A DNA stretch of 64,000 bases from Antedon mediterranea (Eukaryota > Animalia > Echinodermata), in NCBI RefSeq assembly GCF_964355755.1, contig NC_092674.1, positions 13,950,001-14,014,000 of the forward strand. Reading direction: 5' to 3'. The translations under genes were made by a program, and so were the position numbers. The notes beneath the pieces are model-generated. The model had not been told where the DNA came from. It saw only the letters and a list, made by a program, of their open reading frames with translations, and ran no database searches. Below, piece by piece: positions 41,379-55,167 of the stretch (within the stretch, counting starts at the first letter, position 1; each line of letters opens with the position of its first letter).

Positions 41379-44300
41379 CTGAAAGATTACAAACATTATG
41401 GTATAGTACTTTTCACTCTACAACATATTTAATCTTTTACTAAAATCAATTCGGTATGATCAATTAAAAATAATTTTATGTAAATAAATAATGCCAAATA
41501 AGATTTTTCGGATGATGTATTGTGGCGTATACATCTATTTTGCTTGTATAATATTCTTTTTTTATAGTACTGTACAAAATAAATGTTTCTTAGCTTTGCC
41601 TGAAATGTAAACATTTCCAGTAGTGCTAATGTATCTGAATGTAAATTATGACACAGAGTGGTGTTTGCGTTTAAACAGGCAGTTACGACTGAAAACGTAT
41701 CCAGGCTCCAAAATGTTGACAATGAATGTTGGCATGACATGATAAACAATAAACACGTTACTTTTAACAGAGTTCAACTTAGATTTTTCTCGGGTTACTT
41801 AGATTTCGTTCTTAAATACGGTGTATTGTCGTATTTATTGTCATGCCAAGTGTTCTCTACATTGCGATATTACAAAAGTTTGGGTACGGACATTTCTCGA
41901 AGTATTATAGGGTAACACCGTGGCTTAAAAATATATTGTTTATTATAAAACATAGACCTTTGCAAAAACACTACTTAGTTTATTAATGAAAAATATCTTA
42001 ATTAAAATATACATTTGAATTAGCTGTACGTGAGTGCAAAACATCTAAATGAATATGTATTTACAAAAAGCTACAATTATGTTTCCGAAAATTGTTTTTT
42101 TAGACCACACTAAGTGGTTGGTGTAACTTCACATTAATGATAATTATATTGAAACATTATATGTTAATTAGTCACCTTAACCTTGCCATATACGATGATT
42201 TAAAATTCTGAGTTTAATATTATAGTATTACAGTTGAACCTCCGTAAGAGGCCGCCTCTTGAGCGGCCGCGGCAAATTTGTTTACAACACATTAGATTGT
42301 TTGTATGGTAAATTATCTCCCTGTAAGCGGTCACCCAAAAAAAAAAATCGTATTGACTTTTGAAAAAAAGACCATATACATGGCTGCATTCGCCCGCAAA
42401 ATTTTAGCTGACCGACCAACTGACCGACCGACATATTGAGCTGTAGAGTCGCGTTTTGCACGCGACTAAAAATACAATTTGATACTAATATTGTGCTTTA
42501 TATATTAGGTTTATTTCGAAGCGGTTTTAAAAATATTTCTGTGAAGAACATTCCTGTATTTTTTTTAGATGAGATGAGAAAACTACACAGATTTTTACCA
42601 ACCGATTGTCTGAAAATCATAAATAATTATAAACCATCTGTTTATAAATTAAATGGAGAATATAGAGGCTGGTTGCGTTCAGAAATCCGAAAAATATCGT
42701 GATTTTGGCCCTCTATCGGCAGAATCTCCCGTAATCGGCCACTTTTCAATTCCATAAAATAAGGCAATTAATAGTAGTTGATACCTTAGTGGTTATAACA
42801 GCCCAGGGCTGAACTTGAACTCATCAAGCCCAAAGTCGTTCATTTTTGTCGCAAATACTGTAATATGTAATATATAGAGTAAATGGAAGAGTAAGCAACT
42901 GAAGAAAAGATATTTAGGGCTAGCCAAGATATCATAAGGAAGCGCATTAATTACAATTGTCACGGCTGCTCTCTTCAGAAAAAAGCGAACCTACGAACCC
43001 CACTTGCTATGGGCTTGTCCTTCACCTTGACGAGTTCGAGTTATCCACGTTAACGCACACCCTGTAACTAACATTAAATATACATACTCTATGACCCGAA
43101 AAAAAAATATTTATAGTGTGCTGAATTGTGTCTATTCTGTGTTATACAATATTAAGTGCGAATAACCAATAAGTAAAGGTTAATATTCTATTCTATTCCG
43201 TTTATTCAGTAAAAAGGCCTAAATTGTACTCCGATATGTTACTTTTCACTATGATGACACGATTACGAAATCAGCAACAGTTGACTAGGTATCAAACGAA
43301 GTAGGAAAACATGGAGTAGGCCTAATCATGGTCATTGAAATATAGTTTAGACATGGTACATAATATAGGTCTCTCGTTGTAAAGATGGTGGGAAAAATCC
43401 AAAATGGCTGCCAGTAAACTAGGAAATCACATACAGTATCTGTGAACGGCAGAAGTATGTAAATGAAATAGCTGTAGATGGTAGAGGTAGTATGTAAATT
43501 ACAAGTAACTGTAAAAAAAATAAAAAAAAAAAGTTACAACCAGTTCAGTTTCTGAAACCACATAAAATGTGGTATTTTTGGGAAAATAAAGATTGAGGGC
43601 GCTGTTCACATAAGTAAAAGTACACTTTTTTACCTGTAACTAACTAAGTTTTTGTCAGAATATTTTTTAAATGGTCTTATTTGATAGATAATTACATTTT
43701 CTTTATATTAAAGATAACAAATTTTACATTAAATATCCATAGTTCAGATAAATTTACGTTAAGTGCCTAAAATAGGCAAATATAACACATTTTAATACAT
43801 AACAAATACTATTGGATGTTAACAAATTACAAATTTAGTTATCATAAATAGGATTCTTTTACATTTTCATATAAACTGTTTCATTATAAAACATATAAAT
43901 ATATATTTTTCTCACAATTTCTCATAAAAAAACTTTTACGACCACTAGTTTTCGAGATATAGAAATGTGTACTACCAGTACAGGTCAAAGGTCAATAACA
44001 AGAATCTGGGTCATTTTCTTGGAAAAGTTTGTATTAGACTGAATAGAAACATCAATCTTCTGATTAATTTGAGACCTATTCAAAGTTTGTCCAACTGTTA
44101 GTTACCAAGTTATATGACATGTAGGTCAAAGGTTTCAACTCCTAATAACTAATTGCCTTATTTTATGGAATTGGTATCTATTAATTACTTTGGTGTGACC
44201 TTAATGGATATACCAGCTCTTAGGAGGGGACAAGTAGAGTCACTGAACTGAAATGTCACCTCACTGGACTACTCCTTAAATAGTCATGTATATTCTGTAA

Positions 44301-46521
44301 TTATCACTTTTTGATTAACACACTTTGGAAATAACTTGAACTGATAGCTACAACTTAATCACTCTCTGTGTACATATAGTGTAAATACATACCGTTGAGA
44401 GAATTTAACAACAGTCTGTGTCATTGATATAAAGACTGCTACATAAGTTAGATGTTAACATTAATTCCTATTTTTTTATGAACGCAAACATTGTAACGAA
44501 CAATGAATCCTAATTATAGTTTTCCAATAAATGCTACATTGAACTCGTCAAGCCCGAACCAGAATTTATTTTCATTTGTTCGCAACTGAAGAAAATACAT
44601 TTAAGCCTATAGCCTAGATTTCAAAAGTTAATCCTTATTTATAACTTTCACTGCTGGTCTAAAAAGACGAACCATACGAACCCATAGGCTAGGGGCTTAC
44701 CGTCACCGTGACAATTATGGTTATCCGCGTTAACGAACACAGTGTACCAAACATATTGAAAACATGTTTTTAGTGTTCTGAATTGTGTCTTATAGTGCAT
44801 TGTATGTTACATTTTTCTTGATAGCATAATATTCAATTTGTTGGTGGATTGTACTTTTACGAGTCCAGTTAAGCATAATTGTGGCATTTATTGTCCAATT
44901 CCGAGCCTTTTATCGTCTGACTTGATTTGTAATACTGGTGTCCTTTTTCGTGACATGATCTCAAGCTAGTAGATCTCATTATCCAACTACTTATTTTCGG
45001 CCAATTGTTCTCTTCACCACAAAATCACATCCCTCTCCACTTCAAAATCCTGTCTACTGTACATTCTTGTTGTATTTTGACACCGTGATACCTTTATAAC
45101 ATTCAAGATGTCTGTGTCTCAACAACCTACGCCAACATCGGCAAATGGGGCATCACCTGTTTTGACTCTACTGCTATCCTCTGTTCTATTCTTATATAAG
45201 CGTTTACTAAGTTTATCCAGTAAGTTTAACTTAGCTTTCTTGGCATTACTTCTATTACTTATGAACGCAATTCAAATGAATATGATGACAATTTGTTTTT
45301 TTAGTGGGCTGAAATATTAACTTAAATTGACGTAAACGCTCATATACTGTCAGTATTTCTTTTATTTAAACCATTTCCCATTTGTACAGAGAACTTGAAA
45401 AGAAAACAACTTTTTTCATTTATCGCCAAACGCGAGTGTTGCCACACGAAAATAACACAGTCAATATCATCGTACTCTAGAACTTAGTGGATTTTATATG
45501 TTTAATGACAGGGACACGATAATGACGCAACAATTACTCAGTCAATATCATCGTACTTGAGGAAATATATACGATTTACGATCCTCGCAGAAGTATACTC
45601 ATGTGATGCAGTTTCAGCTAATCACGTTCACGTATTTACATATAACATTTAATAAAAAAATATTTTTTCAAGTTCAATTAGTTCCCCTTAATTTATAGTC
45701 CTTTAAATCTTTCTAATAATATTATTATTTTTTCCATCTTTTCTGAAAATTGATTACACCACATTCAATTGGGTTGATGTAGCCTACTTATTTGTCCATA
45801 ACATTGAACTGTTACATTCTATCACTTACACTATTAAGATTACACACATGTTCATGTGCGCCATAATATTGCTCAATATTCTATACCACAAATGATTGTG
45901 CAAGTACGCGTATGTATTGATTCAACATTACTTTATTTGGGGTTGGTACAGTATATTCATGTGAAGTATATCAATATGGTCAACATTCGGGACACCAAAG
46001 AGTTCAGGAGTTTACCGTGCTTGGCGTGTTTGTCAGCCGATTGCATATTCCTGCCAAAACGCAACGAACACACTCAAATGAAAACGAGATAAAAATATAC
46101 CAAAACACACTGTACATATCTATAATAAAAAGTATGGATGGAGTCGTTTAAGTGATACATATTGCACTTAGATGTTAAACAGATCACCAATTAAGTAACG
46201 ATTCCTCACACAGTACCGTTTTACGGCCTTTATAAAATCAAGGCATTATCGGTTCTACACCTTTGGTTATACTACACAGTTGTAATGTATAGTAACCAGT
46301 CCGTTCAATGGAGTCAGCTAACAGTGTAAATATCAACGATCGGTGTGTTTCTAACAACAAAGGCTAAGTTTTTCATGGGATTTACAACGACGTCTTAAGT
46401 GCTAGGCATATTTTAGGTATGTTATTACCGGTTCGCGCTTTAAATTTGAAAAATTAAATCATTTGTTTTAATCACACTGAATTATATAGCACCCCTTATT
46501 AACAATGTTTGTAAAACTTAC

Positions 46522-46620
46522 ATTGGTTGTAAGATCCAAATTAGCACCTGCCTTGAGCAAAATAGTGCAAACATCTGTGTGGCCATTACTTGCAGCAGAA
46601 TGCAAAGGTGTCCATCCGTC
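46522..46620 (-). CDS. Ankyrin-repeat exon E3: DGWTPLHSAASNGHTDVCTILLKAGANLDLTTN
   Basis: 99 bp, open, canonical splice sites, phase 0-0. Confidence 0.92.
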
Positions 46621-46857
46621 CTGAAATATTACAAACATTATGTTATAGTATTTTTCACTTCACATCAAACTATCTAATATTGCAATAAAATCAATTAGAT
46701 GTGATCATGTTTAATACAAATTTAATTAAATTTATATTATAATTTAAAGTATGTGTAATCAGTGCTACTAAGCGCCTTTGATGATTACATTGTTTACTTA
46801 ATTATGGCAACGCAAACACAATATAAGTATATTAAAGTTACTTTTTGAAACTTAAAA

Positions 46858-47360
46858 TTCAGCACCCGTATATTTACAGGAACTAATTCAGAAGTATAAC
46901 CCTGGTCGCCAGGAACTCAGATCTACATAAGATATTACTCGTCTTGTTGTTCCTAAAACTAATAGACTATTTAGTGATAAATCATTTTCTGTCATTGGAC
47001 CTAAGTTATGGAACAATTTACCTATTAATGTTCGTATTGCTCCAAGTGCACAATGTTTAAACAAATTGTTAAAGAGTTTTCTTAATTTAGATATGTACTC
47101 CTTTTTGATTTAGAGCGAACGCAAACAAGGATGAACTAACTCAGAACATAATCACTAACCGTTCAACACCAGGCAGGCTGCCCACGGCAGACCGGAATAC
47201 GTGAGGGTACGATCCTCCCTGCCTCTAAAAACTAAACACTTAACAAAAACGAGATGCGAGAAAACAGAAGTTTCTATATGTACTGCTCTAATTATTGTAC
47301 AGCGCTTTGGTCTTTTGGGAAAAGCGCTTTATAAATCTCTATCGCATAGTATAGTATAAC
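46858..47360 (+). mobile_element. L2-group LINE 3' end
   Basis: APVYLQELI..SFSVIGPKLWNNLP and an AGCGCTTT..AAAGCGCT stem-loop. Absent from the sister class-B module. Confidence 0.75.
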
Positions 47361-47583
47361 ATATATTGCCATAAATAGGTTGTTAAATGATACGGGTATG
47401 TACTTCTTGTATCTAATTTGTAAACAAAAATATTACTTTAATTATAAATTTGTAATATTAAACCATTGGACAGTGTGTGTGTGAAATATGTAATGTACTT
47501 CCTCTATCTAATTTGCGGTAGGCCTAATTGGTATAATCAATATATTATTTAGTTTAAATCAAACACCAAATAATGACAATCAT

Positions 47584-49588
47584 TACCCAAAAAGAAAATT
47601 AGAATATTTAATAATAATAATAAGCCTTGGCTCACAAAAGATGTAAGAAAGGAATTACTTAAGAAATATATTGCATCCAAAAACAAATGCAACGAGATGG
47701 AAAAGAAAAAGATTCAAAAATGTGTAAATAAGAAAATCAAAGCATGTAAATAAGAATATGGAGAAAAAATTGAGAACAAATTCAAGTGCCGGGACACCCG
47801 TCAGGCCTGGAATGGAGTTAGGAAAATTACAGGTATGGGGAAGAAAAATAATGAAATTGAACAAAGTTTTAAACCAAATGATTTTAATATTTTTTATTCT
47901 AGATTTGGTGAAATAAATTTTAAATGTGAAATGACTGCATCTGCTGAAGGGTTTAAAAATGAAATGTATGATAAAAGTGCAATAAAAATTGATGTAGATG
48001 ATGTTAAGAAATATATGGAAAGGGTAAATGTTATTAAAGCAAAGGGTCCGGACGGTGTATCAGGGCGTTTGATTAGATCATGTGCCTCTCAGCTTTCACC
48101 AATAATAAGCCAGCTTTTCCAGTGTTCACTGAACACGGGGGTGGTACCTGATCTATGGAAGGTCTCTGAGATTATACCTGTTCCGAAAATGTGTAACCCT
48201 AAAATCATTAACGACTTCAGACCAGTGGCATTATCATCTATTCTAATGAAGATTCTAATGAAGATCCTTGAGAAAATTGTTAGAAGTCAACTAATGTCTG
48301 AAATGTAGTGATTTTATGGATAATAACCAATTTGCATATCAATGTAATAGATGATGCTATTATAACCTTGTTAGACCTGGTGGTTTCACATTTAGATAAG
48401 AAGGGGACCTATGCTCGATCGAGGGCTATTCATAGACTTTTCATCTGCATTCAATTTGATGCAGCCTCATATTTTAATGAATAAAATGACTGAATGGAAG
48501 GTTAATCCTTACCTTGCTCTATGGGTTGGTGATTTTCTTACAAATCGGCAACAGTATGTTAAAGTTGGTAAATCTATCTCAGAGCTGAGATTAGAAGGAC
48601 CAACACTGGTGCACCCCAGGGGTGTTGTCTGTCACCAAGTTTATTTACAATATATACTAGTGAATGTCGATCTTCATGTAGCATTGTGTCATATAATCAA
48701 ATACGCAGATGACATGGTACTGATTGGTCTATTGAAAAATGCTGACGATCATGTGTATAAGGCTGAATATGTTAAAATAATGTCATGGTGTAATGACAAT
48801 TACCTTAAGATTAATTTTAATAAAACTAAAGAAATTATATGGGATTTTAGAAAAAAGAAAAATGAAAAAAGTTATCTGATAGTTAATTATCAGACAATTG
48901 AACGTGTTCATGAAACCAAATATCTTGGTACACATATTGATGATCAACTTAGTTTTGAAAAAAATACGGCCGAGATAATTAAGAAAGGTCACCAAAGGTT
49001 ATATTTCCTAAGAAAGCTAAATAAATGTAATGTTAGCTGTGGTACTCTAAAATTATTCTATGAAACAGTTATTCAATCAGTACTAGTTATCTCTTTTATT
49101 GCTTGGTTCGGTAATTTAAATGAAACACACAAGAAAGGTCTCATTATAATTACTAAGATAGCATCAAATATAATTGGTTGTACGGTTAATGATTTAAAAT
49201 ATCTTTATGAAAAACAGGTCCTAAGTAAATTAAGTAAAATTTTAGAAGGTAAGAAACATCTATTACATATGAGATTTTTTAAAAACAAGTCAGGCCGGTT
49301 ACGGGCTCCTAGAGCTGATACGTCAAGAAACCGACTGTCTTTTGTACGAAATTCAACTCATATTTTTAACTCAAAGATTGTTAGATCATAATAGCGCACA
49401 TGCAATATATATTTTAAAGTTTTACTGTTGATGGATGTTTTAATTAATGTTTTTAAATTGTAAATGTGTTCTATGTATAGTAATTATGAATGTTTTACCA
49501 TATTTTTCTGTCGAGGAAAACAATTTTTCCATGTACAATTTAGTATATATGGAACGAATAAAGATTTGATTTGTTTTGATTTGATGTG
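47584..49588 (+). mobile_element. 5'-truncated Rex1/Babar LINE, frameshifted RT
   Basis: KAKGPDGV, FRPVAL, FIDFSSAFN, KYADD, QRLYFLRKL; GATTT-repeat tail; 5-bp duplication ATCAT. Confidence 0.88.
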
Positions 49589-52170
49589 ATCATCAGTGGG
49601 CCGTTAATAAGAAACACGTTTTAAACGGCTTGCAACAGGAACCAAAGCATCCCTGGTCTCAATGACGATGCAGTACATAAAGATAGCGCGCAGTCTGTTC
49701 AAACATAACAGCAACTCAACAACTTTGCTACCATTCGGCTATATCGATTTCTGATATAATTTTATATACTGATTTTACAATTTTCCCTGCAAAATACCTC
49801 GATGATGTTTTAATATGCTGGACTTTTTTTTTTGCAGTATAATTTCATTTTGTTTAAACTACAGGCGTTGCCCGTGAAAAAAAAACCCTGCCGATGAAAT
49901 TAGAAATGTTGTTTTAAAACTGTCTATAATATCTGCCTAAGAGAGAAATATTATAAAATCTACGTTTCGCAGTACATCTGAAATAGGAAAGGTAGGTATG
50001 CAAGGTGGAAATCTCAGAAATAACCATACTTTATATATAGACACGCTAACATTGACCTCGTGGAGCACATTTAGCTCGTAGTATCATACACGTGCACATA
50101 TAGCTCATCGCGTTGGTAAGTCACAAACCTATTAGTGATTTTTTGTTATTATTATAGTATTATGTCAATGAGGCTTAGTAGTATTCCACATGCAATATGA
50201 ATTGAGAAAAAGAAAAATAACGACAATTGTATTATGACTGTGACCGAATTAACGCTTTAAAAAAGCATTATTAAATACATACCGATAGGTCTATGTGAAC
50301 GGCCGATACTAACCACGATGCATTGCTTTTAATTACTCTTTGTAGGCCTACATTTAGTCTTTGATCACTACATTGGATGCGTTATTATGTTTCTTGTAAA
50401 CAGTCATTCTACATGCTTTAGATCATAGAAATAATTACTTTGTTAGGAGTATCTGTACATTTAATGTACGATGATACTAAACGATCGCAATTGACATACT
50501 AAAAATAATGTAAACCAATATTGCTAGAGTTCAATTAAAGCAAAGGTTTCTTTTATGTTTGAATGCAATTATATTTAGCTAAACTTATTGTTGTATTAAT
50601 TTAGATACACAAATAAAAATATGAAATCATAAGAAGAAACATTCGGGAATTACCAATCGTGATCTTAGAAATTATATTCATGACTAATGTGTCTATTTTA
50701 ATATTTGAAGTAATCTTTTCTTTATATTATGTCATTTGAACAATTGAATAGAACATGAACTCAGTACTTATGGATTTTAACCCACGAAGCCTCAACCTTT
50801 GCAATCGAACATTTTACCGGCACAAACGAAGCAAATTGAAAAAGTCAACATGTTGCTGATCTGGTAGATACCATTGAAATGTTAGCGAATCAATACGCCA
50901 TGTGTCTTAGAAAAGATAGTATTAAGGTTTTTTTTATTTTCTGATGTCATCGGTAGACTTTTAATGGCGGTAAAGTTACTTCCGAGTTCGTTATCACTTT
51001 GCGATGTCCGGGTTGCAACTACTGTACAACTTCGCTGTAGTCACAATAAAACCTCTGTACGAAACTCGTGCAGCTGTCCCACATGTGAACTGACATGTAC
51101 ATTTGATATACATTTGAGTCAAAATATTCTATATTTCTCTCTTTAAACAAACTAAAAAAAATGAACTAATTTATATTAATTATACTGTATATGGTTTGGC
51201 TATTTAATATTATTGTACTGTAACTCAGACTGTTTAAAACTTAATGAAGAAATAGCTCATAATGTTTAATATGTTATAAATTGTGCATACACTACGATAC
51301 GACGTGACGTTATTATTACAGTAGTAGACAATGTATAAATATTATAATGTACCGATGATAAGCCGACTCGCAATAAAATTAATAATATTACAAGTAATCT
51401 ATATATAAATTATGGTTAATTCTGACATAGGCGAGCACAATGCAAACACTTCGGTACAAATCTCCGCCTTGGAGACCTACCTTATCTATCTCAGATGTAC
51501 CGCGAAACGTAGATTTGATAACATTAGTTTTCACATCGACGCTATTGTTCCATATTTCAATCTTAGGAATATATTATAAAGGGTTTTATAAGAAATTTTC
51601 TGATTTCAATCGTTAAATTTTAACTCTGCGCGCGGTAGAAGTAATTTCCGGGTTCACGGTAAGGTGTTGGTTTCAACCAGGGAGTTGTAAAACAACTACC
51701 TGTTTCAAGTGCTTGGTGGCGATAGCCATTTTGTGTTTTTTGTTTATTTTCGGACCACGCGTGTGAAGGTATATAATAGTAGTACATAAACCCCGATAGC
51801 CGAGTTGTTGAGTAAGCTGCCAAGACTTTATGTATAATGTGCGCTATCTGTGTCCTGTCAGGACCCTGGGATACTTCTGCCCATGTTGCAAGCCATCTAA
51901 AACGTCTTTTTTCTTAGGCCACTGTGTCGCGGAATAATGTATTAATTATACCAATTAGGATGGTATTTATTTGAATAAACGCCCGGAACACCTCCCCAAT
52001 AAAACATCAATTAAAATAATTATCTCGCTACCAACCCCACCCCAAATACATCTATTAAACGCCCATCCACAATATTATATTTATAACCCAATTATACTAT
52101 TTTAGTAGATTTCTTCGGACTATTATCTACAATTTACCAAGCATTTGTTATTCTTTCTTACCAATTTTCA

Positions 52171-53632
52171 TCTATATATAAATTTACGTAAGGGCAACAT
52201 TCGATAAATCGCAGTTTATTTCTAGAATTTTTACTCGATGGTATGTAAAGTTGGTTCGTACTTTCGGTACTGATTTTAACCATCTGATGTAACCATTGTT
52301 TACTAATTAAATTGAGTTAGATAATTAGTTATTGACGATTAAAACGAATTTAGGTTCAACGATTTGCCCCAAATAGGGGTGTTTCGTGGTCGTGGTATAC
52401 ACTGTCTAATGGATGTCCAACTTGAAAAATACCCGCAGACAATAGTGCGAGGATGCTTCGCATTTTCCTATCTCCTCCTACGATAATTGTTTTTAATAGC
52501 TGAAAACCGGTTGAACACCTCGAGTACAGCATCATAATGTTGAAGACAGGCCGATTTTCTTTAAAAAATACTATTTTGATAGATTTAATATACGTTTTTA
52601 CAAATGTTTTGATCTGCGATAAATGGAACATTCCAATCTCTGTTCCACAAGTGTCTATTCCCTCAGGCGTCGTAAAGACACGTACTGTACAGTCATAACA
52701 GAAATTCGATACATTTTTTTCCAATCTGTGGAATCCTTTTTTTTAACGCATAATGAGCTACCCTTTCCAGTCGCCGTCTATTATGTACAATCAACTTTAT
52801 TATTGCAGCTAAACCACCACCAACACCACCACCCTCCCCTCACTGGCATGAGTAGCGTTGTAAAGCCAGTAGAGGACAGGCCTACAGTACGAATGATCAG
52901 TACATGCCCTAAACGCAGAACAACTTTGGTGGTTGGGAAACAACTTAATTTTCAATACAAGTTGGGTAGTGGGTAGCATAATTGGCTCTATGAAACACTT
53001 GACCATTAGGCCTACTAATTAAGTTGAGTTAGATAATTATTTATTGACGATTAAAGCGAATTTACGATTTGCCCCGAATAGAGGTGTTTAATATATTACT
53101 GACAGTTCCTTCTGAACGTTTGTAATCATGTAACTTCAAAAAAATATAAACGTCGTATTAGTGATGTATCGTTACATGTACTGTACTATTTCACTCGACT
53201 ATGACGGTGACAGTTTCAACAAAGTATTAAATCGCAATGTTTTACTGTGTTTACTGGTATATTATTTGTAAAACATGAAAACAATTCATATTTCGTTACT
53301 AAATCGATAAAGAATATATTTAAAAATTGTTCGTCTTTGCATCCATCCTCTTCCCCATCCCTCAACCCAAATGTTACATACAAAACACAAATTCAGTTTG
53401 TTTCTTATTTTGTGACAAACTTCTTTTTCGGAAGTAATTCCCGGAGTGCTAATTTTAGTTGAGTACATAAATCACCGTGTCTATTTATTCGTTCCTGTAA
53501 ACAACATGTATTATTGTCCTGCATGTGCATTTGAAGTCGCCAGTTTTTTAAACGCTGAAATTACTATGTATTCGAGAACCATCTGTGGGCACGACCTAGA
53601 TGGTACGCGAGCGAAGCGAGCGTACCATCTAG
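52171..53632 (+). mobile_element. Non-autonomous Helitron
   Basis: A|TCTATATA...CTAG|T boundaries; 13-bp stem at 53596-53632 with GCGAGCGAAGCGAGC core; flanks join up as one repeat. Confidence 0.8.
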
Positions 53633-54145
53633 TATCTACAATAAACACTATACGCCTAAAACGCTATTAATCATCTAAGACACTTAGGTTAGTGAGTACG
53701 TTTAGTTTTACGAATATCAAAAGCATAGTAACCGACCGAAATTGTCCAGGCCAGAATGTCCTTTTAAAACTGTTTACGACCCGAGACATTATCATTCCGA
53801 GAACCATCGTCTACACTTCTTCAGTAATTATTATTAATATTTATAAAGATTAAACAAGTTATTACAAAGTGTGACACCAGTTGTTACAAAACCTTGGTTA
53901 ATCTGACTTTCAAATTTCAAGATTAACCTTGACGAGGCAGCGGTGTTCCGAACCATGTGAGGGGTACAACCGTGCAGTTCTCGACAATTTAGTTGCAACA
54001 AAAATGATCTGTAATATGACCCGCGATGTGGTTGCTTCATTTAGGTATGTTATTACTGGCACACCCTTTAAATTGTAAAATTAAACACTTTTTAAATCAC
54101 ACTTAATTATATAGTAATATTATTATTAATGTGTGTAACACTTAC

Positions 54146-54244
54146 TTTGGCCTGAAGATCCAATTTAGCACCTTCCTTGAGTAAAATAGTGCAAACACCT
54201 GTGTGGCCGTTTTGTGCAGCCAAATGTAAAGGTGACCACCCATC
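54146..54244 (-). CDS. Ankyrin-repeat exon E2: DGWSPLHLAAQNGHTGVCTILLKEGAKLDLQAK
   Basis: 99 bp, open, canonical splice sites, phase 0-0. Confidence 0.92.
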
Positions 54245-54632
54245 CTGAAATATTACAAACATTATGTTATAGTAATTTTTCTCTAAACAAACTATTATAA
54301 TATTGTCCTGAAATCAATACGATGTGATCAATTGAAAATGACGTTATAGATTTAAATAATGCTACATTATTAAATTAAATACGTATACATTTGTCTTTCT
54401 TGTATAATATTTTTATATAAGTGCTTTGTAAATGTATAAAAACAAATAAGTGGGCTTTTTTGCCTAAAAAGTAAACACTTCATCCGATAGTACTAACTAG
54501 TCTGAGTGTAAATTATGATAAAGGGGCGTTTGAACTGGCAGTTACAGCTAAAATATCCAGGATTCAAATTTTGTTCAGGTAACACATTTTGACTGCTAAA
54601 TTCTTACCATTCATGGTTTCATTTTACCGTTA

Positions 54633-55138
54633 TAATAATAATATAATAATACCACATTTATATAGCGCTGTAGTGAATATTTTAGTTGGTTCCGACCTTT
54701 CTCAGGCGTATATATAACTCCACGCGACGTACACTGTCACTGAATGATAACTCATACAAAAAGTATATTTAACTCAACTAGAACTTTTATTCCTTGTAAC
54801 TCGATTAATACATCTTACTACCAGTCAAGTCTTATTTTCTTTATCATCTTTCCGTTTATCTACTCTGATCTTTATTCTCTCTTTTCCCCCCTAATATCTA
54901 TTACATTCCACTTTTATACTGGACATGCAAATTTTAGGCTTCAGAGGAGGATAACATTTTCCCTCCAAAAATTATACAATTTTGATTGGCTAATAATATT
55001 TGGCGGACCTGGTCTAAAGCATCCTTATCTAAATATAGGGAATCAGAACATAAATAATATGACAAGCGCCCTTTTCATGAGTAATCATGCTCAAAGGCGC
55101 TTTACAAGCATTATTACCCCAGTATTTGTTGGGATCAA
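54633..55138 (-). mobile_element. Retroposed insert (LINE/SINE 3' ends)
   Basis: 7-bp TSD ACCGTTA, (TTA)n tail, GCGCTATATAAAT 3' motif. Absent from other class-A modules. Confidence 0.65.
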
Positions 55139-55167
55139 ACCGTTACTTGGAGGGGATATGTTTTTAC

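Noticed and set aside
42700-44800. Direct repeat (~42810-43130 / ~44540-44790) around a TE-like interior
   Set aside because: Diverged, and no clear termini or TSD could be defined.
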